In this document: piece by piece, positions 50,269-55,542 of the stretch
Position numbering within the stretch: the stretch's first letter is position 1
How the letters are laid out: each line of letters starts with the position of its first letter
NCBI GenBank assembly: GCA_000934665.2
Contig: JYFJ02002518.1
Span: forward strand, 1 to 55,542
DNA: 55,542 bases
Reading direction: 5' to 3'
DNA from: Catajapyx aquilonaris
Taxonomy: Eukaryota
Notes under the pieces: generated by a model
The model's input: only the letters and a program-made list of their open reading frames with translations
Database searches by the model: none
Told to the model about the DNA's origin: nothing
Translations under genes and position numbers: made by a program

Positions 50269-52213
50269 CTAATCACATTTTTCTGGCGGCACGACTTGAA
50301 TGGAGTGGTAGAGATGCTTGCTCCTGAGTATGCTGTAGCTGTTGTCGAATGTCACCACATCTGTCAAAAGAGAAGCCACGCATTTACATGTCATGGGATA
50401 TGCAGACAGCAAGATCGCAATATATTATTACATGGGTTATCATCAGGGTCTGAAAAATTTAGTTAGATTTATATGTGAACTAGTAGACTTTTAAGGTCTT
50501 TAACTTGTAGAAACTCAGCATGCCGCACTTACATTTTCCTTCTTCCAGAGATTGTGTTTGTCCTCTAATCATTGCGTTACTGCAATCTATACGTTGACAG
50601 GGAACAACTTCCCTCTCGACATTAACATCTAAGATAGATATGCCAAAAGCAATGTCATGTGATTCGGTTTGAACCATCCAACTATCGATTAGAAAAGAAA
50701 ACACGCAACTAATTAAGCTAAAATAATTAATTAGTACATCATATTTGAAATTGTTAGTCACCTAATTCGAGAGCCTGATTGTGTTATGAAATAATCCAAC
50801 TTCAATTGGTCGCCCTTTCTGATCATGGCTTCTTCCATGGGCACATCAAAATCACCAGCCTTATTACACAAATAGTATGATTTAGGGACTTCACCTCCCA
50901 GTACAATCTGAAAGAAGGGAGAATAAAATGATTGCTGCCTACAAGGGTCGTTCAATTCATTTTCCTACCTTGGATGGGCATTTTGGATTACCGTCTGGAT
51001 CCACCATCGTTCCTCCCCAGTGCTTGGGCAACTGATCTGGATCTATGAATTCCAAGAGAGCTGGAACCCACTTGGTTCGGTCCGAATCATACATAAAGAT
51101 CTTGCTCCTGGTGTACTCATTCAAAAAAGGCTTCAACAGGTTAAACACATATGCGCAGAAAGAAGGGGCTGTACGGAGAGATTAATACAATACACTTCAC
51201 AAAGGACACCTTTGATACAATCAGCCCAAGAAAGGAACTTAAGACCATATGACTACAGTATTATTGACCCAATATTATTATGTACTAGAAACCTTACCAT
51301 TCACAACGAACATTCTCTTGAGACACTCTGGGTAATTGTCATCCATTTCTTTAATTAATTTTAAAAACAAGGAGTGGCCTGGAATGTGAACATTTAGAAG
51401 AATGATTCAGACATCTATAAGTACTGTATTACAATGACTTACCCGCCGGATAAATTGCATTCCGAAACGTCAACCCTTCCGAATCACAGATTACAATCCC
51501 TTGACTAACAAACGTGCCACGATTTCGGCTTTGCCTCACCGTTTCTCTTCTGCTTTCTTCCATCAATTGAAGAGAACAACGGCACATGTCGTCTATTGTA
51601 GCTGACTTCGCAAGTCCCACAATGTCCGCGTTTCCATTTGGAATAATTATGACTGAAAACAGTATCGCACTTCATATAGTGTCACATTACTTACTGAATT
51701 CACTGGTATTCACTTCGACATATTGGACTTACCTGGACATCCTTCCTTGTCAACACCGCATATGCCTTGAGGGAAATACTTTCTCACCACTTCCGGAGGT
51801 TCCCACGACTCAATGGTATCTATGCCATGTTCTTCCCTCCATGCCATCGACTAGCAAATATATTGTACCGTGTTAGCCATGTAACGCCTGCTGTTAATTG
51901 GTTCAGATTAACACTTACCTTTCGCAACATATTCTCAGCTTTTTCGACGTCAAAGTTCCTTGCTGAAATAATACAGTGCCACATGCAATTATTGCAATTA
52001 CTTGTATCAGAGTGCAGGGCGCGGTAACCCTTCAAAATATACACGGACCTCTCAACCATTGCAGTAGGTACCCGTCATCGTCACTAGCCATTTTAACATC
52101 AGACACTGCATCTCGAAACTGTAAAAAGTGTATATTACATCACAAAGTGAACCTTCGTGTATTGAGTTGTTTACCTTTTCTAATGTACTCAGCTGTTTGG
52201 GACTCAATTCCAT
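50269..52213 (-). CDS. SEC14-like protein copy 15
   Basis: Exon 1 [13 protein letters not shown]. Exon 4 is one codon shorter but in frame; motif [14 protein letters not shown] exons. Stop TAG at 50269-50271. Confidence 0.9.
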
Positions 52214-52610
52214 CTTGAGGTGACCTCGGTTATTATGCTGAAATTGAAATTAAACTATAAAACTACAGGCTTCGCCACACTCTCAGCAACGAAATTCCCA
52301 GACCAAACGATTCCAATGAACTCAGTAAGATTTCCAAATATGTATAGAACGAATGTAAAGTTTTGGCCTGTCGCCATTCGCACTTTGATAAGAAGGACAC
52401 CACCCAGTGATCCACATAGCTAATATTATGACGTAGGATAATGTCATTGACTGTTGAGATATAAAAGCATTTTGACGTTGAGAAAAAGTGACTTAGCAGG
52501 TGCAACTAGTTCTAACTCCATCGGCAAATACAATACCACACACAAATTCTAACAAATGCGCTAATTACTTGTGTCAGAGTGCAGGGCACGGTAACACCTT
52601 CAAAACTGAC

Positions 52611-52779
52611 CTCGCAACCACTGTAGTAGGTACCCGTCATCGTCACAAGGCTTTTTAGTGTTCGACATTGCATTTCGAAACTGTAAAAAAAAGTGTATAT
52701 TACATTCACAAAGTGAACCTTCGTGTATTGAGTTGTTGACCTTTTCTAGAGCACTCAGCTGTTTGGGACTGAATTCCAT
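52611..52779 (-). pseudogene. SEC14 copy 16 fragment (exons 1-2 only)
   Basis: MEFSPKQLSALEK / [23 protein letters not shown]. Homology stops in intron 2 near 52525, just before the exon 3 acceptor. Confidence 0.82.
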
Positions 52780-54088
52780 CGTGAGGCGACCTCGGTTATT
52801 ATGCTGAAATTGAAATGAAAACAATAAAACTCCAAACCCCACATTGTTGTTAGTGGTAAAAATAAATTTTTTTTTTCAAAACTTTTTTTCCTTTGCAGAG
52901 AACATTAAGCAAGGACAAAATGTACATGTACAGAAAATGTTTCTGATAAAGATATTCAACATGGCGACTGTCAATATGTGTCAGTCAATATTTGCCAAAG
53001 AGTCAAATTGAGTAAATACGATATCAAAGAGAGCAATTGAATCGTTCCCAATTTATCAAGGCGGATCATTAGGAACAACTTTGTTCCTAATGATCCGCCT
53101 GTTACATAAGTATTTGAAACTAATTCGTAGATCTTCCCTGTATTTTAACCCTACTATTTTGTGTCGGCACCTTATATAAGTATCACATATTCATGTATAT
53201 GCTCATGGTAGTAAATGGAGTAGAGAAGAGATTCACTTATCTTAAAAATCAACCCACTCACATTCTCAGCAGCAGCAGCAGCGAATCCTCCATGATTCCA
53301 GGGGAATGAAGTATGATTTCCAATATGTATAAAACAAGTGCAAAGATTTGGCCTGTCGCCATTCGCAGTTTGATAAGAAGGACAGCACCCAGTGCTCCAG
53401 ATAGCTCAAGGACGCAGAATCATCTTATTGAGATATAAAAGCATTTTGACGTTCAGATACGTTCCACATACTATACAATATTATGCCACTCTTCGCGAAG
53501 ACGCTCATCTCCCTCAAATGTTCCGGATTGTAATCTTCTTGCATCGTACTCAATGCATGCAGCATAATATTATAATTATCAAAGGATGTGTGAAAAAGTA
53601 ACGTATGAAGAGGAGTAAACATGGTCGCCGGGCACGTTTATTTGCATATTCAGTTGGTAAAATTGATAACGCGCGTTTAGGCAATGGGGAAAGTATAGTC
53701 CTGGTTGGTAATTACCTCTCTGCTTGGGAAACCAGTACATAGGCCACGTGGAAAAAGGAAGTGAAAATGAGGAATTCAAACCCACCTCCCCCGAAACAAA
53801 AAGGGAAACATTTTTCACTCCAGTGACCTTTATGTACCGTAATAATAATTTATTGTGAACATATGGAGGCGGTTATAAAATAAGATCATACATGTTCAAT
53901 ATTTTTATTAGCTAGGCTACTTTTTTCACTGCAATAAAAGATGTAATTCCTGTATGGGGTCTGGTACAGTACGTAATACCGAAAGACATAATACAGACGG
54001 AAAAAATTCCCGACAGCTTTATTACCGAAAATATACATCCCCGACACCTCCTTAATAACTACACACACTAACGTCTCGTACCCCTTAA

Positions 54089-54579
54089 AGGGACACACCA
54101 CTCAAAATACAAGTTGGGTTCTAAAAATCGTGCAAAAAATCCTGATTCCGAGGGTATAAGCAGTTTTTCTTAGAGACGAACGGTAAGGCCAGTGTGAAAG
54201 CTGAAAGTGTGTCGTTCGAAAACCGCGCGCGGGGCAGGTGGGCGCAGGTGGCGACGCCACCACACTCGAACCGGGCGGAACTAGAGAAAGAATCCTGGCG
54301 CGGCCAGGGTCCCCTACATGGTTGCCTCCCCACCCTAACTGTCTAACTGTCTAGGTGGGGGAGGCACTCATGTAGGTGACCCTGGGCGCGGCATGCCCAC
54401 TATACTTCTCTGGTTTGCCGCGAGTTGCTGTTGTATCGCCCTTCTTAGCAGACGACGTGTGTAGATATATTATTTTCCGTGTTACCGTTGGGCGTAGGAA
54501 AAAACCGATTGCACATTCGGAATCAGGATTTTTTGCCCGATTTTTAGAACCCAACTTGTATTTTGAGTGGAGTGTCCCT
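54089..54579. mobile_element. Kolobok-like non-autonomous DNA transposon (second copy, inverted)
   Basis: TTAA TSD and AGGGACAC.. TIRs; internal sequence matches 35800-36561 without the LTR. Confidence 0.82.
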
Positions 54580-55212
54580 TTAAACACATTTCCTTTACAT
54601 CTTCAGTTCCATTGCTTTATTTTCTTTCACTCCCTCTTATTCTTATTCACATCTTCGTGTTATGTATGCCATGGCCGTCAAAAATGTCATTTCATCTCGA
54701 TTATCAATTACATTGTTTATACGCATCTCCCTCTTTGCATCCCTTATCTTTCCCTTTCCGTGGTTCCCCTTTCATTATTTGCTCCATTTCATTGGCCGCA
54801 CTCTTCTGTTCCTTCTTAATTTCCTCCAAAAAGTAGTTTCTTCATACCGCCCCAATACATATTTTCTTCCCGGAATCTGTTTTATCCGGTTGTACTACAG
54901 GGTGTAAATGAATTCTACCGACAAACTTCTCGGGGTGATAGAGGGGACCAAGACAAACATTTTTGACATAGGAAACTGTGTCCGGAAACGCCATCTAGAG
55001 GGGGTTCCTAGACGAGGAACGGGTGCACTCAGACGCGTCACGCGAGAGGCGCAAGTCGAGCGGACCGTTTTGTTGATAGATGGCGCGCAGTTGTTGCCAG
55101 GTTATGGCGTATCGCGTCGTTGTAAGTAAACAACAACACGATACGCCATAAAACCTGGCAACAACAGAACCGCTGTTGGCTATCCCAAAGAGTTCTGCTA
55201 TTATATAATATA

Positions 55213-55447
55213 ATACCTAGAGGAGGTACTCCCTATACTTTTCCATTAGACAGGCTGAGGCAGCCGCCATCTTGTTGAAGGTCATATTGTTGTTCTAACA
55301 GTTGTCTAGCAACTGGGACAACCAATAATGACAACTGGGCGACAATGAGTTCAATAATGTCAGGCGTCCGCCATCTTGTTGGAGGTCATATTGTTGCCTG
55401 CATTGTTGCCTGCCTCACATTTCAGCCCGAGTGCCTCCTCTAGGTGT
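55213..55447. mobile_element. MITE
   Basis: Inverted termini ACCTAGAGGAGGTACTC / GAGTGCCTCCTCTAGGT; internal direct repeat CCGCCATCTTGTTG(A/G)AGGTCATATTGTTG. Confidence 0.6.
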
Positions 55448-55448
55448 A

Positions 55449-55542
55449 TCTAATACATATTTCCAGACCTATATCTGTCTGTCTGTCTCTCTGTCTGTCA
55501 CCTAAACAGATCGATACGGAGGCCTCCACATATGCCCCATGG
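55449..55542 (+). mobile_element. 5' end of a Helitron-like element (family of 20715)
   Basis: A|TCTAATACATATTTC, (TGTC)n, GGAGGCCTCCACATATGCCCC. Confidence 0.55.

Overview
AT-rich eukaryotic (invertebrate, probably arthropod) genomic DNA. Most of the window is a head-to-tail tandem array of SEC14-like lipid-binding genes (CRAL-TRIO N + CRAL-TRIO + GOLD, SEC14L2/retinal-binding-protein type), all on the minus strand and sharing one 10-coding-exon structure. I count 16 copies: 12 apparently intact, 1 cut by the left window edge, and 3 pseudogenes or fragments. In one dead copy, exons 1-3 are replaced by an intronless fasciclin-3-like Ig/TM reading frame that lies behind the retained SEC14 upstream region. 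That frame is broken by a single 5-bp insertion with the form of a Tc1/mariner excision footprint (TACAGTA). Introns and spacers hold many non-autonomous elements: Tc1/mariner, hAT, Kolobok-like and P-like MITEs, Helitron pieces, tRNA-derived SINEs and a solo LTR, several of them nested. CDS coordinates run from start codon to stop codon across introns and were spliced by eye. No database search was possible, so family calls rest on motif recognition.
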